From a virus (taxonomy: Duplodnaviria > Heunggongvirae > Uroviricota > Caudoviricetes), in IMG/VR virus record IMGVR_UViG_3300022468_000500: a DNA stretch of 64,000 nucleotides. One strand, 5' to 3'. The notes under the pieces were generated by a model. The model saw only the letters and a list, made by a program, of their open reading frames with translations, was not told the origin of the DNA and searched no databases. Of this stretch, positions 18,556 to 27,049 are shown piece after piece; within the stretch, counting starts at the first letter, position 1; every line of letters begins with the position of its first letter. A program made the position numbers and the translations under genes.

Positions 18556-19187
18556 TCTACTGTGAATTTATTATGTTTTCTGCTATTATCTGCTAAACTA
18601 AGGTATTGTAAATTCTCCAAAACGTGTAAGCCACTAACTAATTCGCCTTGAAGCGGTACAATATGATCTACTGTCATATTCTGCGGACAATTATTATAAA
18701 ACTGTTTAATTAAATCTAACTGTGCCCAAGTAGGCGTTCTTAGTAGCTTATTAGATCTGTATTCAGATTGTCTGCCTGCTTGTGTAGATCCAGTAGTACT
18801 TGTATGGCAGGTTTTGCAATAAGCATTGATGCCATTTTTCTGAGATTTATTAGCTCTAAATTCAGAATACTCGTACACGTTTTTGCAATGACTACAATAT
18901 TTATGCCCTACACTATTTAGTATATATGTACATGGCTTACAACCCGTAGTAGTAATAACACGGCCAGGAAATAATTTTTTAAGCAGTTTTGCTGTAGAAT
19001 TGACTGATAACCCTAATTGATTAAGATTATACGTATGTTGGGATATAGTCTTGATAAAGTGTTCTACTGATAGCGGACACTCTTTATTACCATATTTACG
19101 CGCGTTATTGCCAGCTTCTTCTATTATAGAAATATAATTAGCGGAAACTATACCTATAGCTTCCGATATTGCAGTTAGTTTATCCAT
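18552..19187 (-). CDS. HNH homing endonuclease
   Basis: Cys-rich zinc-finger region plus DHIVPL...N...N HNH core. Confidence 0.7.
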   Translation of the reverse strand: MDKLTAISEAIGIVSANYISIIEEAGNNARKYGNKECPLSVEHFIKTISQHTYNLNQLGLSVNSTAKLLKKLFPGRVITTTGCKPCTYILNSVGHKYCSHCKNVYEYSEFRANKSQKNGINAYCKTCHTSTTGSTQAGRQSEYRSNKLLRTPTWAQLDLIKQFYNNCPQNMTVDHIVPLQGELVSGLHVLENLQYLSLADNSRKHNKFTVE

Positions 19188-19259
19188 TGAGGTCTCCGTT
19201 ATAACATTAATAGTATATTATAACACTAAACTCATGAATTGTCTACTCCAAATTTTGTG

Positions 19260-19340
19260 TGGTACCGAGGGTGGGAATCGAACCCACATTAACTACCTTA
19301 TCTGGATAGTGCTTACGAGTGTATAAGGCTCGCCCTTAGG
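19260..19340 (-). ncRNA. tRNA-like element (intact T arm GTGGG-TTCGATT-CCCAC and CCA end, no pairing 5' acceptor)
   Basis: 3' half is tRNA-like; 5' half does not pair. Confidence 0.25.
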
Positions 19341-19368
19341 CCAATATTAGCAACCCCGGAGTATGTTT

Positions 19369-19445
19369 TGGTACCAAGGGACGGAATCGAACCGCCGACG
19401 CATAGATTTTCAATCTACCGCTCTTCCGTCTGAGCTACCGAGGTA
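19369..19445 (-). tRNA. trnF(gaa): tRNA-Phe(GAA) with two acceptor-stem mismatches
   Basis: Aligns position-by-position to E. coli tRNA-Phe (TAGCTCAGACGGAAGAGC, loop TTGAAAA, T-loop TTCGATT, CCA); acceptor ACCTCGG/CCTTGGT mismatched at 4-69 and 5-68. Confidence 0.55.
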
Positions 19446-19772
19446 TTAAATGTCAATAAATTCGATTGGAAGACGTAACTGCATTGCTAGACTAAGTTCT
19501 GCACGTACACCTGTTGATTCGTCCCATCCTGGGAAACGAATAATAATTACCTTATCACAGCGACGCATTAAGTCAACACAGAAGTCTTGCCAGAAATGGT
19601 AATCAGTACCTAGATTAGGATTTTCTAAGCAAGCATAGTGATTAACTAGACCTGAAACTAGGAATTGTCCCTGGTTAGCTAACATATAGTCAGCACTAAT
19701 GCGGGCAATATCTCGCATTAGTTGGTTTTTATCAGAAATGTTACTATATGGAGCGCAGACGTATGCTAGCAT
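19446..19772 (-). CDS. hypothetical protein (possible nucleoside 2-deoxyribosyltransferase-like fold)
   Basis: VIIIRFPGWDESTG...E pattern. Confidence 0.3.
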   Translation of the reverse strand: MLAYVCAPYSNISDKNQLMRDIARISADYMLANQGQFLVSGLVNHYACLENPNLGTDYHFWQDFCVDLMRRCDKVIIIRFPGWDESTGVRAELSLAMQLRLPIEFIDI

Positions 19773-20251
19773 TAATTAAACCATTCAGGTGGATTACGAT
19801 TAGTCCAAGTCGCAATATCGCGCTTGTCGCGACAGTAGTAAGCGCGATAAGCGTCTACTACGTCAGGAATTTGTTTAAAATCATCATGAACACACTTAGG
19901 TGGTTCAGTAAATGGTACGTTAGGAATATCCGGATATGGCCAATCACGTACTTTTAAAATAGTAGCATGAGTTTTGTTATGGTCATAACGATATTGTGCT
20001 TCTTCGTTAAGAGCATCCATTAAATCCATTAAGTACAGATAATTATTAATGGAAGAACGAACCCAAATAGCACAGGGATGATTTTTGTGAGTTAACCTAT
20101 AAAGATTAGGAATAGACTCAGGCTCATAATGATGTAGATGAAGAGCGGAAGCTAATAGCTGACCACCTTCTAGAATCATTTTATTCACATGCTTATCACA
20201 ATGTGCTTGAGCGCATTTTGTAATGTCTCGATCAAGATAAAATATGTTCAT
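19772..20251 (-). CDS. conserved Cys/His-rich phage protein
   Basis: N-terminal MNIFYLDRDITKCAQAHCDKHVNKMILEG block; family not assigned. Confidence 0.4.
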   Translation of the reverse strand: MNIFYLDRDITKCAQAHCDKHVNKMILEGGQLLASALHLHHYEPESIPNLYRLTHKNHPCAIWVRSSINNYLYLMDLMDALNEEAQYRYDHNKTHATILKVRDWPYPDIPNVPFTEPPKCVHDDFKQIPDVVDAYRAYYCRDKRDIATWTNRNPPEWFN

Positions 20252-20299
20252 AGCCTATATTATACAAAATATGAACAATCCAAACAAGAAAGAAAATCT

Positions 20300-20380
20300 T
20301 GGGGTGAACCGGGGAATCGAACCCTCTCTACCTGTTTCACAGACAAGTGTGCGACCACTACACTAGGAACACTATAAAAC
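20300..20380 (-). ncRNA. degenerate tRNA-His(GUG)-like element
   Basis: Anticodon stem CTTGT/ACAGG loop CTGTGAA and TAGTGTAGTGGT D region, but weak T stem and non-pairing acceptor. Confidence 0.3.
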
Positions 20381-20394
20381 TTATATTTTACTCT

Positions 20395-20480
20395 ACTTAA
20401 GGGATTGAACCTTAATGAATCCACTCAACCTGCGTATAATTGTGGAACGCCTGACGTTATAGAGTAAAATAAAAATTCTG
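20395..20480 (-). ncRNA. tRNA-like element with 10-bp terminal stem
   Basis: T arm TTAAGG-TTCAATC-CCTTAA; termini ttttactcta / tagagtaaaa pair over 10 bp. Confidence 0.25.
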
Positions 20481-20486
20481 ACCTCT

Positions 20487-20580
20487 AAGGAGTGGACTCG
20501 AACCACTGACCTTTACGTTGGATTTAAATTGCATATGCAAACCGTAACGCTCTTCCATCTGAGCTACCATGAGGATTTGG
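20487..20580 (-). ncRNA. tRNA-like element with palindromic insert in the anticodon region
   Basis: Canonical D arm TAGCTCAGATGGAAGAGC and T arm AGTGG-TTCGAGT-CCACT, but stem TTACG/CGTAA encloses 28 nt (ATTTAAAT plus TTGCATATGCAA palindromes); acceptor halves do not pair. Confidence 0.3.
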
Positions 20581-20673
20581 CCGTTTAGTCCGATAACGTC
20601 CAAGAGTCGCCGACCCTCTACTATGTAGAACGTCTTTCTAGCCTAAGCTAAGGACGCACGTAGCCCTATTTTG

Positions 20674-20757
20674 TGGTACGACCGGAGAGACTCGAACTCT
20701 CACTCCGAAGAATCAGGACCTAAACCTGACGCGGCTACCAAATTACGCCACGGTCGC
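20674..20757 (-). tRNA. trnL(uag): tRNA-Leu(UAG), class II
   Basis: Acceptor GCGACCG/CGGTCGT, anticodon stem TCAGG/CCTGA loop TTTAGGT, variable hairpin CTTCGGAG, T arm GAGAG-TTCGAGT-CTCTC, CCA encoded. Confidence 0.65.
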
Positions 20758-20767
20758 ATTAATGTAT

Positions 20768-20995
20768 TTAAAAGTCGTAGTCATCTACTTCAGCAGAAGT
20801 AATATTTACAACAATTTGTTTGTGATCAGTTTGGTCTTGGTCTACACCATCCCAATCGACTTCAATAGGTGTGATAGCCATACCTTTTAGGACACTAAAC
20901 TTCACTTTTCCATCCATCATTTGTTTACTAAGCCAGTTAGTGAAGGCAACGGCTTCAGCCTGATTTTCGAACGATTCAATTACTACTTTACACAT
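20768..20995 (-). CDS. hypothetical protein
   Basis: 75-aa ORF. Confidence 0.3.
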   Translation of the reverse strand: MCKVVIESFENQAEAVAFTNWLSKQMMDGKVKFSVLKGMAITPIEVDWDGVDQDQTDHKQIVVNITSAEVDDYDF

Positions 20996-21411
20996 TATAC
21001 AAGCCTTGGAATTGATATAGCACAGTGTACCATTGCCGACTTATTGTAGTCGTTAAAGGCAGACTTTGTAACCATATCTAGCATGGTTGCTGTTGTAGGA
21101 ACGATGCCTTGTTCTTTTTCTTCAATATCATCTACGTTGTAATTACCACCGTAGAAAAACGTTGTAGTAAAATAGTGGTTGCCGTCATCACCGAAGATAA
21201 TTCCAGCGTAAATAGGAACTAACTGTTGTGGGTCTAACGTAATTCCTACTTCTTCGTAGACTTCACGTACTACTGCCTGTACATCAGTTTCACCATCGTC
21301 TACTTTTCCGCCAGGAAAGCCTACTAGGTCAGAGTCTCTGCGAGTGACTGCTAGAATTTCGTCTGAACCTGACGGGATGATTGCACAAACTGCACGTTTT
21401 ACTTGTCGCAT
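20995..21411 (-). CDS. Nudix hydrolase
   Basis: Nudix box GGKVDDGETDVQAVVREVYEEVGI. Confidence 0.75.
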   Translation of the reverse strand: MRQVKRAVCAIIPSGSDEILAVTRRDSDLVGFPGGKVDDGETDVQAVVREVYEEVGITLDPQQLVPIYAGIIFGDDGNHYFTTTFFYGGNYNVDDIEEKEQGIVPTTATMLDMVTKSAFNDYNKSAMVHCAISIPRLV

Positions 21412-21881
21412 ACTAGCATATCCCTTACTTTATCTAAGACTTTGCCCATTAAGTTCTGGCCTAACCATGTTTCTTCGTTTTGCGCCCTAGGGTCGCTGGC
21501 CGTTAGCCCAATACCCCAGATACAGTCGTAAGGGCTTGCTTCCACCATTGTAGTGCCGACCGTAACTAATAGTGCTTCTTTTAGCTTGGGATTTTGTGAA
21601 AATTTAGCGTAAAGGCCGTCCACCATTATGCCAAATCTAACCTTAGACCAGACTGCGTCGTCGTAGTTTCGTACTTGACGCCCTAAATTCTTTTGAGTCT
21701 GAGGATCATCAGTTAGCATAATTAGCTCAGCTGTTGGTATATCTCCAAAAACTACAGCCTTCATAAACATCATATACTGTTCACCACGAGTAAACGTAGT
21801 ACCATCGACTACAAACACACTAGGATACCAGTTAGAGAATGGTGTTCTGTTATTCCAGAAAAATGTAAATTGTTTATTCAT
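21399..21881 (-). CDS. NADAR-domain protein (YbiA-like N-glycosidase)
   Basis: FFW...PFSNW...GEQYMMFMKA...LGRQVRNYDD...EASPYDCIWGIG pattern matches the DUF1768/NADAR family. Confidence 0.75.
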   Translation of the reverse strand: MNKQFTFFWNNRTPFSNWYPSVFVVDGTTFTRGEQYMMFMKAVVFGDIPTAELIMLTDDPQTQKNLGRQVRNYDDAVWSKVRFGIMVDGLYAKFSQNPKLKEALLVTVGTTMVEASPYDCIWGIGLTASDPRAQNEETWLGQNLMGKVLDKVRDMLVCDK

Positions 21882-22022
21882 AATTTGTATCGTTTTGCTT
21901 TCTCATCCAGTCTCCGTACTGGTCGGCATTTAGGCGGATGTATACACTATTACAGGGCTGTTTCTTCCCTAACCTAAATCTCGATGACCGCCCGATCCTA
22001 GTCACTTCGGAAACGATAAATT

Positions 22023-22105
22023 TTGGTACCCCCGCTCGGGTTCGAACCGAGAAAAACCCACGGTCTAAACGTGGTAGCTGTGCCAATTTGCATTTGTCAC
22101 AGGGG
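22023..22105 (-). ncRNA. irregular tRNA-Leu(UAG)-like element with enlarged D region
   Basis: T arm CTCGG-TTCGAAC-CCGAG, anticodon stem CCACG/CGTGG loop TTTAGAC, acceptor GCCCCTG/CGGGGGT; D region about 6 nt too long. Confidence 0.35.
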
Positions 22106-22115
22106 CATTAATTTT

Positions 22116-22199
22116 TGGTACGAGGGACGGGACTCGAACCCGTACGCACAAGGCGGCAGAGTTTAAGTCTGCTGAGGCTACCTGATTACTCCACCCTCG
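22116..22199 (-). tRNA. trnL(uaa): tRNA-Leu(UAA), class II
   Basis: Acceptor GCGAGGG/CCCTCGT, anticodon stem GCAGA/TCTGC loop CTTAAAC, long variable arm, T arm ACGGG-TTCGAGT-CCCGT, CCA encoded. Confidence 0.65.
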
Positions 22200-22520
22200 C
22201 ACATAATGAAACCTGCTAGTCTACCGAACTAGCTTCTCCTTTCGTACCATCACAGTATTAAGGCTTCGTCAAGCCCGAAAGCGCATTGAATATATGCTAA
22301 GGTTTAATTATGTGCACTAAGCCAAAGTCGAGAACAACTTAATGCGTGTAAGATAGTTTTAAAACAACCGATGAACCAATTACGGGCTCTGGAGACTCTT
22401 ACGTTTTCCTGCTAATTAGGCAGGCCTCTATTCATAGTTAGGTGAGTCGCAGCATTCTCACTAATTACGGACCTACTACTGTTCTGATACCCTTAAGTGG
22501 CCACAATACGGGTCAGCGTA

Positions 22521-22901
22521 CTAACTAATAACTTTACGCCCGTGGGTTAAAGTTATTAACTCACCACGTTTACTTTCTTGCCAAGTCTTAGACCAAGGGC
22601 CACGAATACTAAAAGCCCAAGACGTATCTCGTGCTAGAATTTTATGGAAACATCCACGAGGGGTCCATTTGGGAATAAAACTCGGTTCCCAATCTTTGAA
22701 GCCACCTTCTACGAATACTTCCCGTACTGAACCTGATAACCACCAAGTCAGTGCGTTAAAGGCATGATTGTGAAAGGCTTCACGACTTCCCTTAGAAAAT
22801 CGTAGAAACACAATGGAAAATCCAGCTTTCCATTCGATCAACCAGTAACCTGTAACACCAGAATCTTTGCCACCATCGTGGCTCTTTTTAAAGAATTCCA
22901 T
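22521..22901 (-). CDS. hypothetical protein
   Basis: 126-aa ORF. Confidence 0.4.
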   Translation of the reverse strand: MEFFKKSHDGGKDSGVTGYWLIEWKAGFSIVFLRFSKGSREAFHNHAFNALTWWLSGSVREVFVEGGFKDWEPSFIPKWTPRGCFHKILARDTSWAFSIRGPWSKTWQESKRGELITLTHGRKVIS

Positions 22902-22915
22902 AATATTAATAAATT

Positions 22916-23005
22916 TGGTGGAGGCGGAAGGACTTGAACCTTCACAGTCTTATTTGTGTGCGGCTGATTTACAGTCAGTTGAGCTCTCCAGCGCTCAGCA
23001 CCTCC
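22916..23005 (-). tRNA. trnY(gua): tRNA-Tyr(GUA), class II
   Basis: Acceptor GGAGGTG/CGCCTCC, D stem GAGC/GCTC, anticodon loop CTGTAAA, long variable arm, T arm GAAGG-TTCAAGT-CCTTC, CCA encoded. Confidence 0.65.
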
Positions 23006-23319
23006 AAAGAATCCACAAGCTCAATGGTGGCTTGTGAATCAGAATTTTTCAATTTTTCAACAAATGACTCGTAAACGTATGCAATACTAGCAGACATTCG
23101 CTGCGATGTTTTATATAGCTGGTATACTGATTCTGTTGGACCAGTTACTAGGTAATACTCGCCTTTATCTTCAACTTTAGTGATTCCGCTGTTGAGTTTC
23201 CACGAAGTACCTTGAGTGTATCCGCCTGCCCAACCAGCAAGAATTTTATTTACCACCCCATACTGGGGTGAACGGAACCGGACAACCACCCAGCAGTCAG
23301 GAGTGTAAACGTTGTTCAT
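22975..23319 (-). CDS. hypothetical protein
   Basis: 114-aa ORF; last 30 nt overlap the 5' part of tRNA-Tyr. Confidence 0.4.
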   Translation of the reverse strand: MNNVYTPDCWVVVRFRSPQYGVVNKILAGWAGGYTQGTSWKLNSGITKVEDKGEYYLVTGPTESVYQLYKTSQRMSASIAYVYESFVEKLKNSDSQATIELVDSLEVLSAGELN

Positions 23320-23325
23320 TTTAAA

Positions 23326-23634
23326 CTACCATTTAATTAGTGTGGTATGCATTAGAGACTGATGCTCTGGAATATTGAATCCAGCTGCTAATAGTTCTTC
23401 TTTTACTTTATCAGTCAGCCAATAATTCTCTATATAAGCGTATTTATTGCCTGTTTTACTGCAACGTTTAATATCGCCAAAAACTCTTTTTCTAGCTTTC
23501 TTTTGATGATTTACCGAAGTCTTAGCGTTTCTAAGTTCTATAGCTTTATTAAGAAGTCTTGGATTTAAACCGCCGAAGCGCATCCGCATCAAGACTAGCA
23601 TAAGTGCGAAATTTATCTTTGCCAACTTCATCAT
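23326..23634 (-). CDS. hypothetical basic protein
   Basis: 102-aa ORF, K/R-rich. Confidence 0.35.
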   Translation of the reverse strand: MMKLAKINFALMLVLMRMRFGGLNPRLLNKAIELRNAKTSVNHQKKARKRVFGDIKRCSKTGNKYAYIENYWLTDKVKEELLAAGFNIPEHQSLMHTTLIKW

Positions 23635-23888
23635 AGAATTTTTCTGCCATGTTACGGAGAGAATTAGCTCGATCAGCAGTTAGCACAGGCTCGTAGCGCC
23701 ACATGAACGCATCAACCAGAAATTCTTTGCTATACGCTGCTGCCATTACATTCTCCGATTTAAAGAATAATTATATAACGATTAAGCTGCGTAATCAAGT
23801 AAAGAGTTTTGAATGTCACATAGTGACAATTATCGAAAAGAGTAGTAATTATACAGCATTGATCAGCTAGGGTCAAGTGTAAATTTTA

Positions 23889-24182
23889 CTATCTGCTTAA
23901 CTTCCAATTAATAACTCTTTCCCAGAATGATGGTTTTACTACTATAGGTCGATTCTGATAATCAGTAATAATTTTTGAAATGTCTACTACTGCTTGGTCA
24001 ATAACGTCTTCATCTACAGAGTAGAGTACATAGCAAGTAACACTGGGATTACGGCTGGTACCATATTCCATTTTAGACAATACTTCGATTCCGGTATTGC
24101 TATAACCTTTTAGCCTACAGTATTTATCTATCGCTTCGGTTAATTCTCCTGGCACGGAGAATGTATAGGTATTATTGGACAT
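23889..24182 (-). CDS. hypothetical protein
   Basis: 97-aa ORF. Confidence 0.35.
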   Translation of the reverse strand: MSNNTYTFSVPGELTEAIDKYCRLKGYSNTGIEVLSKMEYGTSRNPSVTCYVLYSVDEDVIDQAVVDISKIITDYQNRPIVVKPSFWERVINWKLSR

Positions 24183-24188
24183 AATGTT

Positions 24189-24264
24189 TGGTACCTCGTG
24201 AGAGACTCGAACTCCCGACCAATGATGTAGAAGATCACGGCTCTATCCACTGAGCTAACGAGGT
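24189..24264 (-). tRNA. trnR(ucu): tRNA-Arg(UCU)
   Basis: Perfect acceptor ACCTCGT/ACGAGGT, D arm GCTC-AGTGGATA-GAGC, anticodon loop CTTCTAC, CCA encoded. Confidence 0.7.
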
Positions 24265-24349
24265 TTGTTAAGTAATAATTATACAGATTTAAACAAACTG
24301 AATCAAGTCAATTTGTTTAAATCTGAACAGTCCGGAGACTGTTCAATTA

Positions 24350-24556
24350 TCAGATTTGATGCGCTAAAATCAATATCATTAACACATATAAGACTAATGT
24401 AAATACTGCTTGCAAGAAAGATGAAACAGCGCTTTCTTTGTCGTATGCACGCACGTACTGACCCATCTCCTTAAGATGAATACGTATAGCATTGAATGTA
24501 AGGTACGATCCAGCCAAAGCTAAGATAATACCACATACTACGTCAAAAGTACTCAT
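24350..24556 (-). CDS. small membrane protein
   Basis: Two hydrophobic helices. Confidence 0.35.
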   Translation of the reverse strand: MSTFDVVCGIILALAGSYLTFNAIRIHLKEMGQYVRAYDKESAVSSFLQAVFTLVLYVLMILILAHQI

Positions 24557-24876
24557 TCTACGCTTTCTGCAGAATTAACATAAGGATAGAAGTTACGTTG
24601 TTGCACTTCGTCCTGTACGTATTCCCACATTTCGTGTTCTGGAGTCAGTTCCTCTATTGAGTTCACCGAATGTGCCGCATCCTCTTCTAGCTCACCACCA
24701 TCCTCGCGATCTTCTTCATATTCAGTAGAAAACAGATCACGCATGTCCTGATCCATGAACTGCTCAGCCAATTCCTCTGCTTGAGCTTCATTTCGTGCGT
24801 AGACTAAGCAATGTGACGCACCACCACACCATTGCGAAGATTCGTAAGAGAGGATGAAAAGCTTTACGTCAGACAT
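24553..24876 (-). CDS. acidic protein
   Basis: D/E-rich 107-aa ORF. Confidence 0.4.
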   Translation of the reverse strand: MSDVKLFILSYESSQWCGGASHCLVYARNEAQAEELAEQFMDQDMRDLFSTEYEEDREDGGELEEDAAHSVNSIEELTPEHEMWEYVQDEVQQRNFYPYVNSAESVE

Positions 24877-24941
24877 TTTTGTTTATTTGTTGTGTTAAAG
24901 AATAATTATACAATATCTTAGCAGCACACTCAAGTATAAAA

Positions 24942-25172
24942 TTATACTTGTTTTGAGAAAGATATTTTGTAGGTAACAGACTCTAAAGTTTTTAGCACTT
25001 CAGGATAATGGTCGTAAAACCTAATAAAATTGTCAGCTGCTTCTTTAGTTTTGAAGAAATTAGCTCCCTCAATACTGGCCCTGTATACGTGGCCTCTGTG
25101 ATCTAAAGCCACGTATTTATCAGTACCAATAAAGTGCACTACTGTTCTAGTAATTACATCTACTAATTCCAT
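24942..25172 (-). CDS. hypothetical protein
   Basis: 76-aa ORF. Confidence 0.35.
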   Translation of the reverse strand: MELVDVITRTVVHFIGTDKYVALDHRGHVYRASIEGANFFKTKEAADNFIRFYDHYPEVLKTLESVTYKISFSKQV

Positions 25173-25639
25173 TACTTATCCAGTGCATCTAGTTCTACAT
25201 AGAAAATATGGTAACCAGCGGTACGTGCAATATCCTTTTCGGTTACGCCCTTTAGACGACGAATATCGCTGTTATGACGTAGGTCACACTTCTTGACCTT
25301 AATTGCGTCTTTATTAGCAACTACACGTTGCTTATACTCATCATGAGTTTCGCCAGGCATTTTGGTTAGAGCACGAACAGCCGTAATTACACGGTCAGAC
25401 ATACCTTCTTCACGTAGACGTTTAAAAGTAAACCTCTTATTATCTTCTACTACGTCATGTAACAGTGCAATACACTGTAGTTCTTCATCATCTGTCTTTA
25501 GATAATGCATGACTTTCATAGGATGAAGGATATAAGGATGTCCGCCTTTATCAAACTGTCCTTCATGTGCTTCCATCGCAAGACGAAGCGCCGTTTCTAA
25601 CATTGTACGTTTTTGCATTTTAGATTTCCGTATAGTCAA
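25172..25639 (-). CDS. HD-domain (p)ppGpp hydrolase-like protein (small alarmone hydrolase-like)
   Basis: HEGQFDKGGHPYILHP...IALLHDVVED matches the SpoT/RelA-type HD hydrolase motifs. Confidence 0.65.
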   Translation of the reverse strand: MTIRKSKMQKRTMLETALRLAMEAHEGQFDKGGHPYILHPMKVMHYLKTDDEELQCIALLHDVVEDNKRFTFKRLREEGMSDRVITAVRALTKMPGETHDEYKQRVVANKDAIKVKKCDLRHNSDIRRLKGVTEKDIARTAGYHIFYVELDALDK

Positions 25640-25847
25640 TTCTCAGATACACCATTTCTACCGTTTCACGTTCTTCTGCAGACATTGGGTAATTAACAAC
25701 TTCTCCACTAGAAGAAAAGTACTTGGCTTTTACTATGTCTACTGGATATGGTCTATTTTCGTAAAACGGTGGCTTTTCAGCAGCCACATAACTACGAGTA
25801 CCAATATAGCGAAGAACTATAACTTCCCGATCTGCAATGTGCGGCAT
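25620..25847 (-). CDS. hypothetical protein
   Basis: 75-aa ORF. Confidence 0.3.
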   Translation of the reverse strand: MPHIADREVIVLRYIGTRSYVAAEKPPFYENRPYPVDIVKAKYFSSSGEVVNYPMSAEERETVEMVYLRIDYTEI

Positions 25848-25907
25848 ATAGTTATTTCCTAAAATTAAATTATACAGCTTTTAAGTATATAATTCAAGAA
25901 TGAAATG

Positions 25908-26126
25908 TCAGTCGCCATACCAAGAACTACAAATATGACAGATAGGGCTACCATCTAAATCGGGCTTTAGTTCTTTTGGTTTCAACCAGGTATTACAGCT
26001 AGAGCAGCATGTTAATGTTGTATTTGTAGCTACGAACTCCACATTGGTACCTAGCAGCTTTGCAGCTTCACGAATAGGTAAGTTAGTACGGTATAGAGTA
26101 CGATCAATCTCAGACATTACGGTCAT
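25908..26126 (-). CDS. zinc-finger protein
   Basis: CCSSC...CHIC pattern. Confidence 0.35.
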   Translation of the reverse strand: MTVMSEIDRTLYRTNLPIREAAKLLGTNVEFVATNTTLTCCSSCNTWLKPKELKPDLDGSPICHICSSWYGD

Positions 26127-26766
26127 CTTGGGTATAGCGGTCTTTGTGTAGAATAAAAGTTAGTAAGAATAGAACATTGCAACCAACGTGTGCAATGTGG
26201 CTTAGACCACTCTCTGGATCATTGTCTTCGCCTCTAACCCATGCAAACAAGTGTCTTAGCATGGCATTAAAAGGTCTGGTCCACTTAAACCCGTTACCTT
26301 TAGCCCAATTGTTCTTATCGTATTTAGCTGCACCAAATTCTAGAACTTTAAGAATTTCTTCTGTTGCATCTAATGGTAGTAAGCTCCAATCGGCTTTACC
26401 ATGATCAAACTTAACAGCTACTAAAGGAATATCTGCCGCAGTAGTTCCTGTAGGCTGGACTTTCTCTGATTCTTCTACTAGGTCCATAGCTATATCTAAA
26501 ATACTAGTAGGTACTGGTTCTGCCTTATACATTGCTGGAACTTCAGTAATTACTTCATGGGAAGCTAAAGTTGGCAGATTTACTAGTGTAGGGTCTGGTT
26601 CTACACCTATGGCATTTAGATACGTGTCTGTTACTTCTTCGAAACTAGCAATACCATCTAGTAAAGTATCAGGCACTTCTGGTAACGGTGTGACCTTTGG
26701 CGGTTCTGTAGCTAAAAATTGTAATGGACGTGTTAGGTCAAACGGTTTGTGTTTCATGGTGAACAT
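26110..26766 (-). CDS. phage nucleotide-pyrophosphohydrolase-like domain protein
   Basis: C-terminal block YDKNNWAKG...LRHLFAWVRGEDNDPESGLSHIAHVGCNVLFL resembles a conserved phage MazG-like domain. Confidence 0.35.
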   Translation of the reverse strand: MFTMKHKPFDLTRPLQFLATEPPKVTPLPEVPDTLLDGIASFEEVTDTYLNAIGVEPDPTLVNLPTLASHEVITEVPAMYKAEPVPTSILDIAMDLVEESEKVQPTGTTAADIPLVAVKFDHGKADWSLLPLDATEEILKVLEFGAAKYDKNNWAKGNGFKWTRPFNAMLRHLFAWVRGEDNDPESGLSHIAHVGCNVLFLLTFILHKDRYTQDDRNV

Positions 26767-26815
26767 AATAATAAAACGGGCACAGGCATAATTATACTAC
26801 TAATTGTGCCTATTG

Positions 26816-27049
26816 TCAAGACTGTATTTCTTTTGGTAGGAACAGCTTAGGTAACCTACATTTGTTGTGTTTCATCAGAGCTGTTAGCTCTTTATTAATC
26901 TCAGGCTTTGGTAACCCTTTTTCTCTATAATAAGCAAAGTAGATTGGTAAGAGTTTGTCAGTGATAAGCTCTTCCAAGCCCTGCACGTATTCGGTAGTAT
27001 GTTTCATAAGCCCAGTTAATATTAGGTGGATTTTGTAATTATAACACAC
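26816..27049 (-). CDS. hypothetical protein
   Basis: 77-aa ORF; last gene of the minus-strand block. Confidence 0.35.
   Translation of the reverse strand: MCYNYKIHLILTGLMKHTTEYVQGLEELITDKLLPIYFAYYREKGLPKPEINKELTALMKHNKCRLPKLFLPKEIQS

Noticed and set aside
20300-20380. Calling a functional tRNA-His
   Set aside because: The anticodon arm is good but the T stem has only 3 bp and the acceptor halves cannot pair. I kept it as a degenerate tRNA-like element instead.
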